Assembly: GCA_024405755.1 (NCBI GenBank)
Contig: JAKSOD010000005.1
Coordinates: 3,412-67,411, forward strand
Reading direction: 5' to 3'
Source of the DNA: Clostridia bacterium
GTDB taxonomy: Bacteria > Bacillota > Clostridia > Oscillospirales > CAG-272
DNA length: 64,000 nucleotides
Shown: in pieces, positions 34,460 through 44,682 of the stretch
Layout: every line of letters begins with the position of its first letter
How positions within the stretch are numbered: position 1 is the stretch's first letter
The notes under the pieces: model-generated
Told to the model about the DNA's origin: nothing
The model's input: the letters and a program-made list of their open reading frames with translations, nothing else
The model's database searches: none
Made by a program: the position numbers and the translations under genes

Positions 34460-36295
34460 TCAGTCGGAGATCTTCTTCTTGGAAACGTATGCAGCACCGA
34501 GGAGAGCAACAACGGCAACTCCGCAGCCGATCACGGATCCGCAGCCTTTATCTTTGGCAGGAGCGGTGGTCTCATCAGCGGGAGCATTGGTGGTCTCGTC
34601 AGCAGGAGCATTGGTGCTGTCATCAGCAGGAGTGATGGTGGTATCATCAGCAGGAACGCTGGATTCCACGTTCTCCTCGGATGTGGCAGGAGCAGCTGAG
34701 GTAGCCTCAGTCTCGCCGGCAGCGAGCTCTTCGGTGCTCACGTCATACATCTCGATAGCCTTGAACTCGGGAGCATCGGCGTTCTTATAGGTGGTACCGT
34801 CAAGAACGACATACTTGGAAGTAGGCAGAGGAGAAGGAACGGTATCTACACCGATAGTCTGATTCAGACCGTTGAAACCTTCAACCTTGTTGATGGCGTA
34901 TGCAATAGAACCGTCAGCAAGATCAGCGGCATTGATGCGTTTTACGTAATTGTTGGTAACGCCCCAATCGAAATCTTTACGGTTGTTTTCTGCGTACTCA
35001 GGATGATCGGCATTGTCAGCACACCAAGTGGTGAACTCGGTAACACCGTTGTCGACAATGTAGTTGTCATGAATATCAACATCCTGCTCGTAGTTTGCGG
35101 AAGAACAACCAAGGAAAGTGAAGTGGGGAGCAGAGCAACCTTCTTCACCGTGGAAGCTCATGTCGCCTACACCAATGTTGTAAGAAATCTTGTTATAGAT
35201 ACTGTTGGAGTAAGAAAGAATGTTGGAAATCCAACCGTCAGTCTCGGCACCCTTGGCATTATTGTGACGACCGCCGTTAATTTTACCGGTGTTGACGCAG
35301 TAAGTGACGGAGATAGCTTCATCACTCTTGGAACCGGTGCAGTATGCGTATCCGACAATACCGCCGGTGTAATGGTGACCGGTGATCTCACCGTTGTTGA
35401 CGCAGCATCTTACTACGAAAGGCATATCGTAAACAATATCAGCGAAGTTGCCCTTAACACCAACGTATGCAACGATACCTGCAGCATGATGAGAACCGTA
35501 GACATCACCGTTGTTGACGCAGTATTCAGCGTCAATGTAGTTAGAAGCATCCTTGAAAGCGACGCGGGCGAAGAGACCGCCGGCGAAGCCGAGAGGAGAA
35601 ACGGTAACAAGGGACAGAGCCTTGATATCACCCTCGTTCACGCAGTTGTGAGCGATAGCAGTGTCAACCTTAGCGGCAATACCTGCTACGTAGAACTCAA
35701 CGTCCTTGGTAGCGGAACCGGTGGGATCTTCGGCAGTGATAACGGGAGCAACACTGGAATTACCGGTGATGTTACCATTGTTGGTGCAGTTTACAAAGTT
35801 GCACTTCTTACCGTAGTCAGCACTTCTGGCAACGAGACCTGCAACGGCAAGTCCGGAACCGGTAGCGGTAATGTTGACATTGTTGGTTACGTTCTCAGCA
35901 TACATACCGATCTCGGTATATGCTGCAAGAGCACCGAAGTCTACATCGGTAACATTGACATCAGCACCTGCGATAACGAGGTTGAGAACGCGTCCGTTAA
36001 GGTTTGCGAACACGGGGCAGTTATCAATAGTGATGGTGTGACCCTTGCCGTCAAAAGTTCCCTTGAAGCCCTTGGCTTTTTCAAGGTCGGTCTTTCCGTC
36101 GGCAGCGGGATCCGCGTCATAAGAAGCGGAAATGGAAATGTCAGCGTCAAGATAATAGTTTCCGTCAGGATCCATCTTGGCAAAATCTTCTGCGGAGGTG
36201 ATGGCAACAGCCTCAGTCTCGGCAGCGAAAGCACCAACACAGATCATAGAAAGGATCATCAGCACGCTGAGGATTACAGACAGTGTTTTACGCAT
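34460..36295 (-). CDS. secreted GLUG-motif/beta-helix repeat surface protein with a C-terminal TM anchor
   Basis: ATG 36295 (RBS AGAAAGAGG). Signal peptide MRKTLSVILSVLMILSMICVGAFAAE. Repeated units of the form xGGIVGY..C.N.G.I.G. A PADxTTxA octapeptide repeat array. The tail is KGCGSVIGCGVAVVALLGAAYVSKKKISD. Confidence 0.85.
   Translation of the reverse strand: MRKTLSVILSVLMILSMICVGAFAAETEAVAITSAEDFAKMDPDGNYYLDADISISASYDADPAADGKTDLEKAKGFKGTFDGKGHTITIDNCPVFANLNGRVLNLVIAGADVNVTDVDFGALAAYTEIGMYAENVTNNVNITATGSGLAVAGLVARSADYGKKCNFVNCTNNGNITGNSSVAPVITAEDPTGSATKDVEFYVAGIAAKVDTAIAHNCVNEGDIKALSLVTVSPLGFAGGLFARVAFKDASNYIDAEYCVNNGDVYGSHHAAGIVAYVGVKGNFADIVYDMPFVVRCCVNNGEITGHHYTGGIVGYAYCTGSKSDEAISVTYCVNTGKINGGRHNNAKGAETDGWISNILSYSNSIYNKISYNIGVGDMSFHGEEGCSAPHFTFLGCSSANYEQDVDIHDNYIVDNGVTEFTTWCADNADHPEYAENNRKDFDWGVTNNYVKRINAADLADGSIAYAINKVEGFNGLNQTIGVDTVPSPLPTSKYVVLDGTTYKNADAPEFKAIEMYDVSTEELAAGETEATSAAPATSEENVESSVPADDTTITPADDSTNAPADETTNAPADETTAPAKDKGCGSVIGCGVAVVALLGAAYVSKKKISD
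34565..34660. repeat. 4 x 24-bp imperfect tandem repeat encoding PAD(D/E)(T/S)T(I/N)(T/A)
   Basis: GGTGGTCTCATCAGCGGGAGCATT and three diverged copies follow one another directly. Confidence 0.9.
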
Positions 36296-36362
36296 AGTTT
36301 GTACCTCTTTCTTATTATATTGACGGTTCACGCAATTTGCGTACCGCCTTTGATACGATTAT

Positions 36363-36391
36363 ATTATAACAGACAGTCTCACATTTGTCAA
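36363..36391 (-). promoter_or_regulatory. consensus sigma-A promoter of the surface-protein gene
   Basis: On the minus strand: TTGACA (36391-36386), 17-nt spacer, TGtTATAAT (-10 at 36368-36363). An ACGCAA-N-TTGCGT palindrome lies in the leader. Confidence 0.7.
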
Positions 36392-36452
36392 GTAGGGACT
36401 AAAAAATTGTATTCCCATACAAATTTTTGATTGATTTCTTGACAATTATTAC

Positions 36453-36493
36453 AAAAAGCACGCTGTCCGACTCTTTGCAGGCAGCGTGCTTTT
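36453..36493 (-). terminator. terminator after the infB-nudix transcription unit
   Basis: A5-GCACGCTG ... CAGCGTGC-T4 hairpin, 24 nt 3' of the nudix stop. Confidence 0.7.
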
Positions 36494-36516
36494 GGTGTTC
36501 GATAATAAATCCGTTT

Positions 36517-36969
36517 TTATTTTTTCCCACCGACAAAAGCCATAACTTCGGGGTGCTTCATTGCTGCACGAAACACAACACGGTCATTTTCGTGAGCAAG
36601 TGATTTTTCGGCAGCATCAAGAGGTATCCATGACACTTCCGCAATCTCACCCTCCCGCGGATGCGTCTTCTCGGTTTCCGTAAACGCGATAAAGTAAACC
36701 ACATCTTTCAGTATCCCGGGAGACGGACTGTACGTCACGGTTCTGCGAAAATCGGATCTGACACTGATCCGTACGGCGGTTTCTTCAAAAACTTCTCTCT
36801 CAGCCGTCATTCGTTCGCTCTCCCCGGACTCCACGTGCCCTTTGGGGAAAGAACGGTATCCGCACCTGCTTTGCCTTATCATCAGAATATAGAGTTTTCC
36901 GTCGCTGCCACGGCGCATAACAAGTGCGCCGCAGGATTTTTCTCTGGTCAATCCGATCATTCCTTTCAT
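36517..36969 (-). CDS. NUDIX hydrolase
   Basis: Nudix box GHVESGESERMTAEREVFEETAV. Confidence 0.9.
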   Translation of the reverse strand: MKGMIGLTREKSCGALVMRRGSDGKLYILMIRQSRCGYRSFPKGHVESGESERMTAEREVFEETAVRISVRSDFRRTVTYSPSPGILKDVVYFIAFTETEKTHPREGEIAEVSWIPLDAAEKSLAHENDRVVFRAAMKHPEVMAFVGGKK

Positions 36970-37011
36970 AAAGCATAAAGCAGATTTTTTTCTGATTTTC
37001 AGAATAATTTT

Positions 37012-39795
37012 TTACTGTGCGATTTCTTCCATAATAAATGCTTCCAGAATATCTCCGGTTTTAAGGTCGTTGAACTTTTCAAGTCCGATACCGCACTCAA
37101 ATCCCTGCTGCACTTCGCGGACGTCGTCTTTGAAACGGCGCAGAGAAGCGATCTTGTCCTCGTAGACCACAACACCGTCACGCACTACGCGGATCTTCGC
37201 GGAACGGGTGATCTTTCCGTCCTGAATATAAGATCCCGCAATGAATCCCACATTCGGAACATGAATGACCTGACGGACTTCCGCGTGACCGAGAAGAGCT
37301 TCCTTGAATTTGGGAGCAAGCATCCCCTTCATGGCGGCGGTGATCTCGTCGATGCAGTCATAAATCACGCGGTAAGTTCTGATATCGACGTTCTGACGCT
37401 CCGCTGAATCAAGTGCACTGCGGTCAGGTCTTACGTTGAATCCGACGATAATGGCATTGGAAGCGGCAGCAAACATTACGTCACTCTCGGTGATTCCTCC
37501 TGCTGCGGCATGGATAACGCGCACCTTGACCTCATCATTGGAAATCTTCTCAAGCGATTGTTTCACCGCTTCAGCGGATCCGCCGACATCTGCTTTTACT
37601 ATAACATTGAGTTCCTTGACACCCTCGCTGATCTGCGCGAACAGATCGTTGAGGTTGGCTCTGGCATTTGCCTTGAATACATCTTCTTTGGCTTTTGCAC
37701 GGCGGCGGTCGGCAAGTTCTCTCGCCATACGCTCGTCTTCAACTCCGTTGACCTCGTCTCCTGCGGTAGGAACATCGTCAAGACCTGTGATTTCAACAGG
37801 CATTGAAGGCCCTGCCGTCTTTACGGCGCGTCCGGTATGATCTGTCATTGCACGGACACGACCGACGGCAGTTCCGGCGATGACGATATCTCCGGGACGG
37901 AGAGTGCCGTTCTGAACAAGGATCGTCGCAACCGGTCCGCGTCCCTTATCGAGTTTTGACTCGATAACGATACCTTTTGCACGGCGGTTGGGATTTGCTT
38001 TATATTCCTTGACTTCCGCAATGAGAAGAACATTTTCGAGCAGATCGTCGATACCGGTGTGTTTCAGAGCGGACACGGGAACGCACATAACGTCACCGCC
38101 CCACTCTTCGGGTACGAGATCGTACTTTGTGAGTTCCTGTTTGATGGCATCCGGATTGGCATTGGGTTTATCCATTTTATTTATAGCGACAATTATCTCG
38201 ACTCCGGCAGCCTTGGCGTGATTTATCGCCTCAACTGTCTGCGGCATGATACCGTCGTCCGCCGCCACCACGAGAATGGCAATATCGGTTGCCTGCGCTC
38301 CGCGGGCACGCATAGCGGTGAAAGCCTCGTGACCGGGAGTATCAAGGAAAGTAATTTCCTTGCCGTTAATCTTTACACGGTAAGCACCGATATGCTGAGT
38401 GATTCCGCCCGCCTCACCTGCCGTGACACGGGTATTTCTGATGGCATCAAGAAGTGACGTCTTGCCGTGGTCAACGTGACCCATAACACAAACGACGGGA
38501 GCGCGGGTAACGAGATCTTCTTCGGCATCCTTATCCGCCTCGAAAAGTTTGTCCTCGATACTTACGACAACTTCCTTGGTGATAACGGCTCCGAGTTCAT
38601 CTGCCACAAGATATGCCGTATCGAAATCTATGGTCTGGTTTACGGTCACCATCATTCCCATCATCATAAGTCTCTTGATGACCTCGCCCGACGTGACCTT
38701 GATCCTTGCGGCAAAATCGCCCACGGTGATTTCGTCGGGAACGGCGGCATGGACCTGCTGTTTCTTTACGGGTGCCGCAGGAGCCGCGGGAGCACCGTGG
38801 CGTCCTTTACCGAACTGCTGCTGCCCCTTTCCGCCCTTCTGATTATTGTTGTTCTGTCTGTTGTTCTGCTGCTGATTGTCACGGCGATTCTGTCCGCCGT
38901 CACGTCCGTTCTGTCCGCCGCGGGGATTATTCTGTCCCTGACCCTTGCCTCCGCGCTGATTATTCTGCGTTCCGCGTCCGGAATTCTGACCTTCAGCCGC
39001 CGCTCCCGCCGCTTTTTTGACCTTCTGGTTTCCTCCGCGGGTCTCCTTTACGCTGTCGGGAACGAAATTATCAAGTTTGTCATCGTACTTGGAAAGATCA
39101 ACGGCCCCTGACGTTCCGCGGGTATCCACCACGCGGGTCGCGGTTTTCGGTACTACCGTAACGACATCACGCTCACTCTCCGGACGTGTCTGTTCCCTGA
39201 CCTCGATCCCGGGACGGTTGTTCCTCGTCTGCTGAGACTTCTGCGCCTTCTGATCGGCTTTTTTGTCGGGTTGATTCTGCTGATTCTTTGCCGCGTTGAG
39301 TCTCTGCTCAAAGCGTTCGCCCGCTGTACGGTTGATATTCTGCTTTTCGGCGGGTTTATTATTCTTCTGTTGTTTTGCCTCTGCCGCCGGTTTTGGCTTA
39401 TTGTCTTTGTGATTGTCCGCCGCAGCGGGAGTATCTTTGACCGAGGCAGACTTATCCTCTGTCTTTGCCTCTGTCTTTCCCTCCGGCTGCTTTGTTTCCT
39501 TTGTCTCTTTGGACTCAGAGGACACCGCGGGAGCCTCCGTTCCGGGCTCCGCCTTTTTGCGAATGGAGGCGATGCCCGTAACTCCGTCAATATAATCCTC
39601 GATATTGGTTATCTGATTTGCCTTCGTGAGGTTTTCCCACATCAGGTCAAGTTGAAAACCGTCAAGGGTAGTCTGTGTTTTGACGTCGGCTCCCACCTCT
39701 GCAAACATATCAATGAGATCTTTGTTTTTCAGAGCCAGATCCTTCGCCAATGAATTCACTTTAAACTGAGAGTTTACTGCCATTATACCTGCCAT
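37012..39795 (-). CDS. infB: translation initiation factor IF-2
   Basis: G-domain motifs [20 protein letters not shown] and NKMD. Long low-complexity N-terminal region. The alternative start is ATG 39783. Confidence 0.96.
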   Translation of the reverse strand: MAGIMAVNSQFKVNSLAKDLALKNKDLIDMFAEVGADVKTQTTLDGFQLDLMWENLTKANQITNIEDYIDGVTGIASIRKKAEPGTEAPAVSSESKETKETKQPEGKTEAKTEDKSASVKDTPAAADNHKDNKPKPAAEAKQQKNNKPAEKQNINRTAGERFEQRLNAAKNQQNQPDKKADQKAQKSQQTRNNRPGIEVREQTRPESERDVVTVVPKTATRVVDTRGTSGAVDLSKYDDKLDNFVPDSVKETRGGNQKVKKAAGAAAEGQNSGRGTQNNQRGGKGQGQNNPRGGQNGRDGGQNRRDNQQQNNRQNNNNQKGGKGQQQFGKGRHGAPAAPAAPVKKQQVHAAVPDEITVGDFAARIKVTSGEVIKRLMMMGMMVTVNQTIDFDTAYLVADELGAVITKEVVVSIEDKLFEADKDAEEDLVTRAPVVCVMGHVDHGKTSLLDAIRNTRVTAGEAGGITQHIGAYRVKINGKEITFLDTPGHEAFTAMRARGAQATDIAILVVAADDGIMPQTVEAINHAKAAGVEIIVAINKMDKPNANPDAIKQELTKYDLVPEEWGGDVMCVPVSALKHTGIDDLLENVLLIAEVKEYKANPNRRAKGIVIESKLDKGRGPVATILVQNGTLRPGDIVIAGTAVGRVRAMTDHTGRAVKTAGPSMPVEITGLDDVPTAGDEVNGVEDERMARELADRRRAKAKEDVFKANARANLNDLFAQISEGVKELNVIVKADVGGSAEAVKQSLEKISNDEVKVRVIHAAAGGITESDVMFAAASNAIIVGFNVRPDRSALDSAERQNVDIRTYRVIYDCIDEITAAMKGMLAPKFKEALLGHAEVRQVIHVPNVGFIAGSYIQDGKITRSAKIRVVRDGVVVYEDKIASLRRFKDDVREVQQGFECGIGLEKFNDLKTGDILEAFIMEEIAQ

Positions 39796-39862
39796 CCTCC
39801 TTGGGGATACGAATTACTTGTTTACTGTTATCGTGATTGTTATTTTTCAGAAAGATTGGATT

Positions 39863-40273
39863 TTACATTTTTTCGGTTTCGGCGTTCTTTTTCGCTTCAA
39901 ATACTCTTTCAGCCGCACATCTGACTCCCTCTGCAAGGGATGGATCCGTCACAGCCGCCGCGGAAACGGGACCTCTTCTTCCGATCGCGGCACCGAGTTC
40001 TTCCGCACTGACGTCAGCCTGAATTATCTTGATTCCGTAGTAAGCACATCTGTCGTTCAGACGTTTATGTGTGTTTGCGGAATTATCATTTGCCTCGGCA
40101 ACGCAGGAGGCTCCGCCCGCTTTCAGTGCATCGCAGACATTCTGCGTTCCCCACACGAGTTTTCCCGCCCGTCTTGCGAGTCCCAGCATGGAGAGAAACC
40201 TTTTCTTTGCTTCCTCTTGGGTCAGCGCAGTCACCGGAGCATTATTTTTTTTGTTTCGGTCGTTTTTTTTCAT
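39863..40273 (-). CDS. ylxQ: L7Ae-like RNA-binding protein YlxQ
   Basis: LGLARRAGKLV motif, positioned between ylxR and infB. ATG 40273 is preferred over the TTG at 40282. Confidence 0.8.
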   Translation of the reverse strand: MKKNDRNKKNNAPVTALTQEEAKKRFLSMLGLARRAGKLVWGTQNVCDALKAGGASCVAEANDNSANTHKRLNDRCAYYGIKIIQADVSAEELGAAIGRRGPVSAAAVTDPSLAEGVRCAAERVFEAKKNAETEKM

Positions 40274-40305
40274 TATTCTCAATCACGTGGACATTTTTCC
40301 ACGTT

Positions 40306-40599
40306 TCATTTGTTTTGAGAGAGAGTATTCTCCATTTCGTCCCAGACTTCCCCGGGTATCGTGACACCGAGAGCGGCATCAGCGCGGTGATTCTTTCGTA
40401 CTTTACGCAGGCACGCCACACTCCCGCAGACGTACGCTCCGCGTCCGGATTTCTTTCCGGTGAGATCAAGAGAAACACTGCCGTCGGGAGACCTTACTAT
40501 ACGGATCAGTTCCGGTTTCGGCTTATGTTCTCCGCAACCGAGGCACTGTCTCTCCGGTATCTTCTTTTTACCTGCCGACTGTGCGGTAGCCATTTTCAT
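40306..40599 (-). CDS. ylxR: YlxR/DUF448 family RNA-binding protein
   Basis: RQCLGCG...RGAYVC motif. Its start overlaps the nusA stop in an ATGA arrangement. Confidence 0.9.
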   Translation of the reverse strand: MKMATAQSAGKKKIPERQCLGCGEHKPKPELIRIVRSPDGSVSLDLTGKKSGRGAYVCGSVACLRKVRKNHRADAALGVTIPGEVWDEMENTLSQNK

Positions 40600-41660
40600 T
40601 CTCCGTCGGGAAGATTTCCGGCATCTGAGGCGTCGGAGTCGGACTTGATGTCGATCTTGCAGCCGGTAAGTCTTGCGGCAAGACGTGCATTCTGACCTTC
40701 CTTGCCGATAGCAAGAGAAAGCTGATTCTGGGCGACCACGACATGTGCCGAACGCTCGGCGATCATGGTTACATCCATAATTTTCGCGGGTGCAAGAGCA
40801 GCCGCAATGTATTCTTCGGGTTTTTCGCTGTATTTGACGATATCTACCTTTTCCTCGGCAAGTTCCGACAGAATGGAGTTGATACGCATTCCGCGGGGAC
40901 CGACGCAGGCACCCACGGGATCAACGGTTTCGTCGCGCGACATGACTGCGATCTTGGTGCGGGAACCGGCTTCGCGGGCGATACCCTTGATAATCACCGT
41001 GCCGTCCGAGATCTCGGGTACTTCAAGTTCAAACATACGGCGTACAAGTCCGGAATGTGCCCGGGAAATTGTAACGAGAGGTCCGTGCGCTTCACGGTTA
41101 ACCTCGCAGATATAGATCTTGATCTTCTGACCGATCGTGAGTTTCTCACCCGGGATCTGCTCGGATGCTTTCAGCAGTGCTCTGCCGTTTCCGGTCTCGA
41201 TCACGGCGTCGCCGGTAGTCTGATCGATCTTGGACACCGTAGCGGTAATGATCTCCTCACGCTTGCTTTCGTATGCTTCCTGCGCGATCTTACGCTCTGC
41301 CTCACGGATACCCTGAATGATAACAGAACGGGCGGCACCGGCAGACAGACGGCGGAAGTTCTTGGTTTTGACCTCCGTTTCGAGGATCTTGCCTACGGTC
41401 ATGCGTTTATTTATTGTCTTGGCGTCTTCAAGGGAAATCTGAGTCTCGGGATCATCAACTTCCGCGACGACTTCCTTCTGCTGGAACACGCGGACATCTC
41501 TCTTGTTTTCGTCGATAAGTATGCGGACGTGAGTGTTGTTGCCGTATTCCTTCTTATACGCGGCAACGAGGGCGGCCTCGACCTTCTCGATCATGTACGC
41601 TTTCGGAATACCGTTCTTCTTTTCAAGTTCGTCGAGGGCGGCAAAAAATTCTGCATTCAT
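40596..41660 (-). CDS. nusA: transcription termination/antitermination factor NusA
   Basis: NTD, S1 and two KH domains (IGKEGQNARLAARL). Confidence 0.96.
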   Translation of the reverse strand: MNAEFFAALDELEKKNGIPKAYMIEKVEAALVAAYKKEYGNNTHVRILIDENKRDVRVFQQKEVVAEVDDPETQISLEDAKTINKRMTVGKILETEVKTKNFRRLSAGAARSVIIQGIREAERKIAQEAYESKREEIITATVSKIDQTTGDAVIETGNGRALLKASEQIPGEKLTIGQKIKIYICEVNREAHGPLVTISRAHSGLVRRMFELEVPEISDGTVIIKGIAREAGSRTKIAVMSRDETVDPVGACVGPRGMRINSILSELAEEKVDIVKYSEKPEEYIAAALAPAKIMDVTMIAERSAHVVVAQNQLSLAIGKEGQNARLAARLTGCKIDIKSDSDASDAGNLPDGE

Positions 41661-41736
41661 AGGATCTTTTCCTTTCGGTTTTCAGCCTTTAGCTGTTGCT
41701 TTTTATTTTATCTTTATGTGAGAAATATCGTACGAT

Positions 41737-42246
41737 TTATGAGCCGAAATCAAAGAGTATCTTCATTTTGGAGATGCTCTCGTATGGCAGAACGATCCGT
41801 TCGCCGCCGGCATCTATCAACACGGGACGGGGATCCGCCGATTTTTCACCGTCTCCTTCTCCGTCAAAGCCGAGCAAAGTCCCGGTGATAACTTTTCTCC
41901 CTCCCACAGGAGCAAAAAGTCTTGCTTCCACTTTTTCTCCGACGCAGGCGTCAACATGAGCGGGAAGCGTGATATCCCTTTCTATTCCGGGAGATGATAT
42001 CTGAAGATAATACGAGCAATCGATCGGATCCGCTTCGTCAAGCAGCGGATCGATCGTATGATGTACTCTTTCACAGTCGTCGATACCGACTCCGCCTTCA
42101 CGGTCCGTGTCTATTGTAACGCGGAGTATACGGTCCGCTCCTTCACGTACATAGTCAATGTCCCAGATGAAGCACCCCTCGGCTTTCACCGCATCTTCAA
42201 TAATCGGGAGCACTCTTGCGGCAACTCCGGTAAGTTCCTTTTTCAT
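41737..42246 (-). CDS. rimP: ribosome maturation factor RimP
   Basis: Conserved position upstream of nusA, with a RimP-like sequence (LEISSPGIERDL-type motif QISSPGIERDI). Confidence 0.9.
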   Translation of the reverse strand: MKKELTGVAARVLPIIEDAVKAEGCFIWDIDYVREGADRILRVTIDTDREGGVGIDDCERVHHTIDPLLDEADPIDCSYYLQISSPGIERDITLPAHVDACVGEKVEARLFAPVGGRKVITGTLLGFDGEGDGEKSADPRPVLIDAGGERIVLPYESISKMKILFDFGS

Positions 42247-42305
42247 TATTCCGATACCTGTTTTGTTTTTCCGGGAAGAACCCGGAAGTAAAATTTTTTC
42301 AAGAA

Positions 42306-42335
42306 ATTGAGAGTGGACTTGCGCCCACTCTCAAT
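42306..42335 (-). promoter_or_regulatory. leader hairpin upstream of rimP-nusA (candidate attenuator)
   Basis: 11-bp stem ATTGAGAGTGG / CCACTCTCAAT, followed on the minus strand by UUCUUG. It lies between the promoter and the rimP start. Confidence 0.4.
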
Positions 42336-42355
42336 CTCCAGTATACTGCTTTATT

Positions 42356-42384
42356 AGTATATCACATCGTTTCGCGGATTGCAA
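42356..42384 (-). promoter_or_regulatory. sigma-A promoter of the rimP-nusA-infB operon
   Basis: On the minus strand: TTGCAA, 17-nt spacer, TGaTATACT. Confidence 0.6.
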
Positions 42385-42455
42385 GAGGTTTTATAATTTT
42401 TTTAAGACTTTTTCCTGATTTTTCTCATAAAAAATAAGAAAATGCGGGTTTAACC

Positions 42456-42484
42456 TTTACAAACCGGCATTTATATGGTAGAAT
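42456..42484 (+). promoter_or_regulatory. sigma-A promoter of gdpP
   Basis: TTTACA, 17-nt spacer, TGgTAGAAT. Confidence 0.55.
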
Positions 42485-42560
42485 AATATAATAGGAGTTT
42501 TATCCATCTCAGATCAAGAAATGATAATTTGATTATTTCCAAACGAACGGAGGAAATCAT

Positions 42561-44576
42561 ATGTCAAGCCATAAGCAATCCGAGGTGAAGAGTTTCGATA
42601 TACTGATCCTCTCCGCCGTCTGCGGCGCGCTCTTTATTGCCGCTGCATCGGCAGTCGCCGCATTTACGGATATTCCCGCATATATTGTCGGTTTGATTTT
42701 TCTCGTTGTTTACTGTCTGCTTGAAGTCTGGCTCTGCCTGCTTGCAAGACACACGTCAGCGGCAGAAAAAAATGCCGCAGAAGCATCGTCACTGAACAGT
42801 TTCATGTCCGAAGTTGTCCGAAGTGCAGATTTCCCCGCCATAATCACCACCCGCGACGGAAAAATCATATGGGCAAACAACTCAATGCTCCGTCTGTGCG
42901 AGGCGGAAAAGCAGTCAGACCTTGCAAGGCTGTCACTCACCGCTTTCGTCAACAAACCAATGGAGGACATAATAACCTGCCCCGATCCGCACGGGATCAA
43001 TGTAGATATAAACGGAAGACAGTTCACGACTCACCCATATCTTATGGAAACTCCCGAGCGTGATTACTGGATGACTCTCTTTGACGAAAGAACCGAACTT
43101 GAAGAAGCACTGCGCTGTATCGATCGTGAATCTCCCGCCGTAACCTATGTTGTCATTGACAATCTCGAAGAACTCGCGCAGTTTGTAAAAGTCTCATACA
43201 GATCTGCCGCCAACGAGATTGAAAACATTCTCCGTGAATGGACTGCCGGTATGGGCGGTATGATCAAAGAATACGACAGAGAAAAATACCTTATTCTCTT
43301 TCCCCGCGAAAAACTTGCGGAATGCGTTGATGACGGATTTGCCGTTCTCGACAAAGTCCGTGCCGTAAATATGGGCGACAGCAGTATGTCCGTCACCGTC
43401 TCAATGGGCATCTCCGTATGCGGCGAAACCCTCGAAGAAAGAGAAAAGGACGCCGCCGCCGCTCTTGAAACAGCCCTGCAGCGCGGAGGAGATCAGGTGG
43501 CTCTCCGAACTCCGAACGGAAATGATTTCTTCGGCGGAAGAACAAAGACACGGCAGAAACGCACCAAAGTCCGTTCCCGTGTTATTGCCGAACGTCTCGT
43601 TGAACTTATCACCGATGCCGGCAACATCATTATAATGGGGCATAAGAATCCCGACTTTGACTCCATCGGAGCCTGCGTAGGTCTTGCGCGTCTCGCCATG
43701 GCATACAACCCCAATGTTAAAATCGTCGTTGACACGGAGTGCTCCAACTTTAATGTCTGCACCGCTTCACTGCGCGAAGAAGTCCGTGAATTCGATAACA
43801 TCTTTATCGGAGGCGGAGAAGGTCTTGATCTTATACGTTCCGACACTCTGCTTATTGTCGCCGATGTAAATAATCTGAAAATCGTGGAATCCCCGGAGAT
43901 TGCAGCCAACGCCTACCGGACCGTCATTGTTGACCACCACAGAAAAACAGCCGAATACGATAACGAACCCGAAATCGCCTATATCGAGCCCAATGCATCT
44001 TCGACCTGCGAACTTGTTTCCGAACTTCTCGAACTTGCACTCCCCGGTACCGACAGCACCGCGTTCACACGTCATGAAGCAAACATCATGCTTTCGGGCA
44101 TTATGCTCGACACCAAGAATTTCACCCGTTCAACCACGGAGCGCACCTTCTCCGCTGCTCTGCATCTGCAAACGAACGGTGCGAGTTCCGAGGTCGCACG
44201 CACATTCTTCTTTGCGGAACTCTCCGGCTTCGTCACCGAGTCCAGACTCGGCTCGGGCGTTCATCTGTACCGCGAACGCATAGCGATAACAGTCAGCGAC
44301 GGAGAGGGGACTCCGGAAGACCGGATAGCCGCTTCCAAGACAGCGGATACTTTGCTGACAGTACGTGAAGTTGATGCCGCTTTTGTCCTTATCTTTACAG
44401 GAAACACGGTCATAATCTCCGCACGTTCAAACGGAAAAATAAACGTACAGCTGATACTTGAAAAAATCGGCGGCGGCGGACATTTTGATGCCGCCGGTGC
44501 TCAGATCTCAAGCGATACTCCGCGCACCGTTCTTGAAAGTCTTAAATCAGCCATTGACGAATACCTTGATAATTGA
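42561..44576 (+). CDS. gdpP: GdpP/YybT-type DHH/DHHA1 phosphoesterase (c-di-AMP phosphodiesterase)
   Basis: Two N-terminal TM helices, a PAS-like domain, a degenerate GGDEF domain, a DHH domain (HKNPDFDSIG) and a DHHA1 domain (GGGGH). Conserved gdpP-rplI-dnaB synteny. Confidence 0.92.
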   Translation: MSSHKQSEVKSFDILILSAVCGALFIAAASAVAAFTDIPAYIVGLIFLVVYCLLEVWLCLLARHTSAAEKNAAEASSLNSFMSEVVRSADFPAIITTRDGKIIWANNSMLRLCEAEKQSDLARLSLTAFVNKPMEDIITCPDPHGINVDINGRQFTTHPYLMETPERDYWMTLFDERTELEEALRCIDRESPAVTYVVIDNLEELAQFVKVSYRSAANEIENILREWTAGMGGMIKEYDREKYLILFPREKLAECVDDGFAVLDKVRAVNMGDSSMSVTVSMGISVCGETLEEREKDAAAALETALQRGGDQVALRTPNGNDFFGGRTKTRQKRTKVRSRVIAERLVELITDAGNIIIMGHKNPDFDSIGACVGLARLAMAYNPNVKIVVDTECSNFNVCTASLREEVREFDNIFIGGGEGLDLIRSDTLLIVADVNNLKIVESPEIAANAYRTVIVDHHRKTAEYDNEPEIAYIEPNASSTCELVSELLELALPGTDSTAFTRHEANIMLSGIMLDTKNFTRSTTERTFSAALHLQTNGASSEVARTFFFAELSGFVTESRLGSGVHLYRERIAITVSDGEGTPEDRIAASKTADTLLTVREVDAAFVLIFTGNTVIISARSNGKINVQLILEKIGGGGHFDAAGAQISSDTPRTVLESLKSAIDEYLDN

Positions 44577-44682
44577 TCCCGTTTTTTAAAATACAACAAT
44601 TCCGGACTCGGATAAGTCCTCACGAATAAAAAAACACCGTGATTCCGCACTGTCCCGTGCGGGATCCGAAAGGAGAACCATA

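Noticed and set aside
35003-36430. A 475-aa ORF antisense to the GLUG surface-protein gene.
   Set aside because: The same shadow-ORF effect applies. The minus-strand gene has a signal peptide, an RBS, a consensus promoter and a coherent repeat architecture, and the plus-strand product has none of these.
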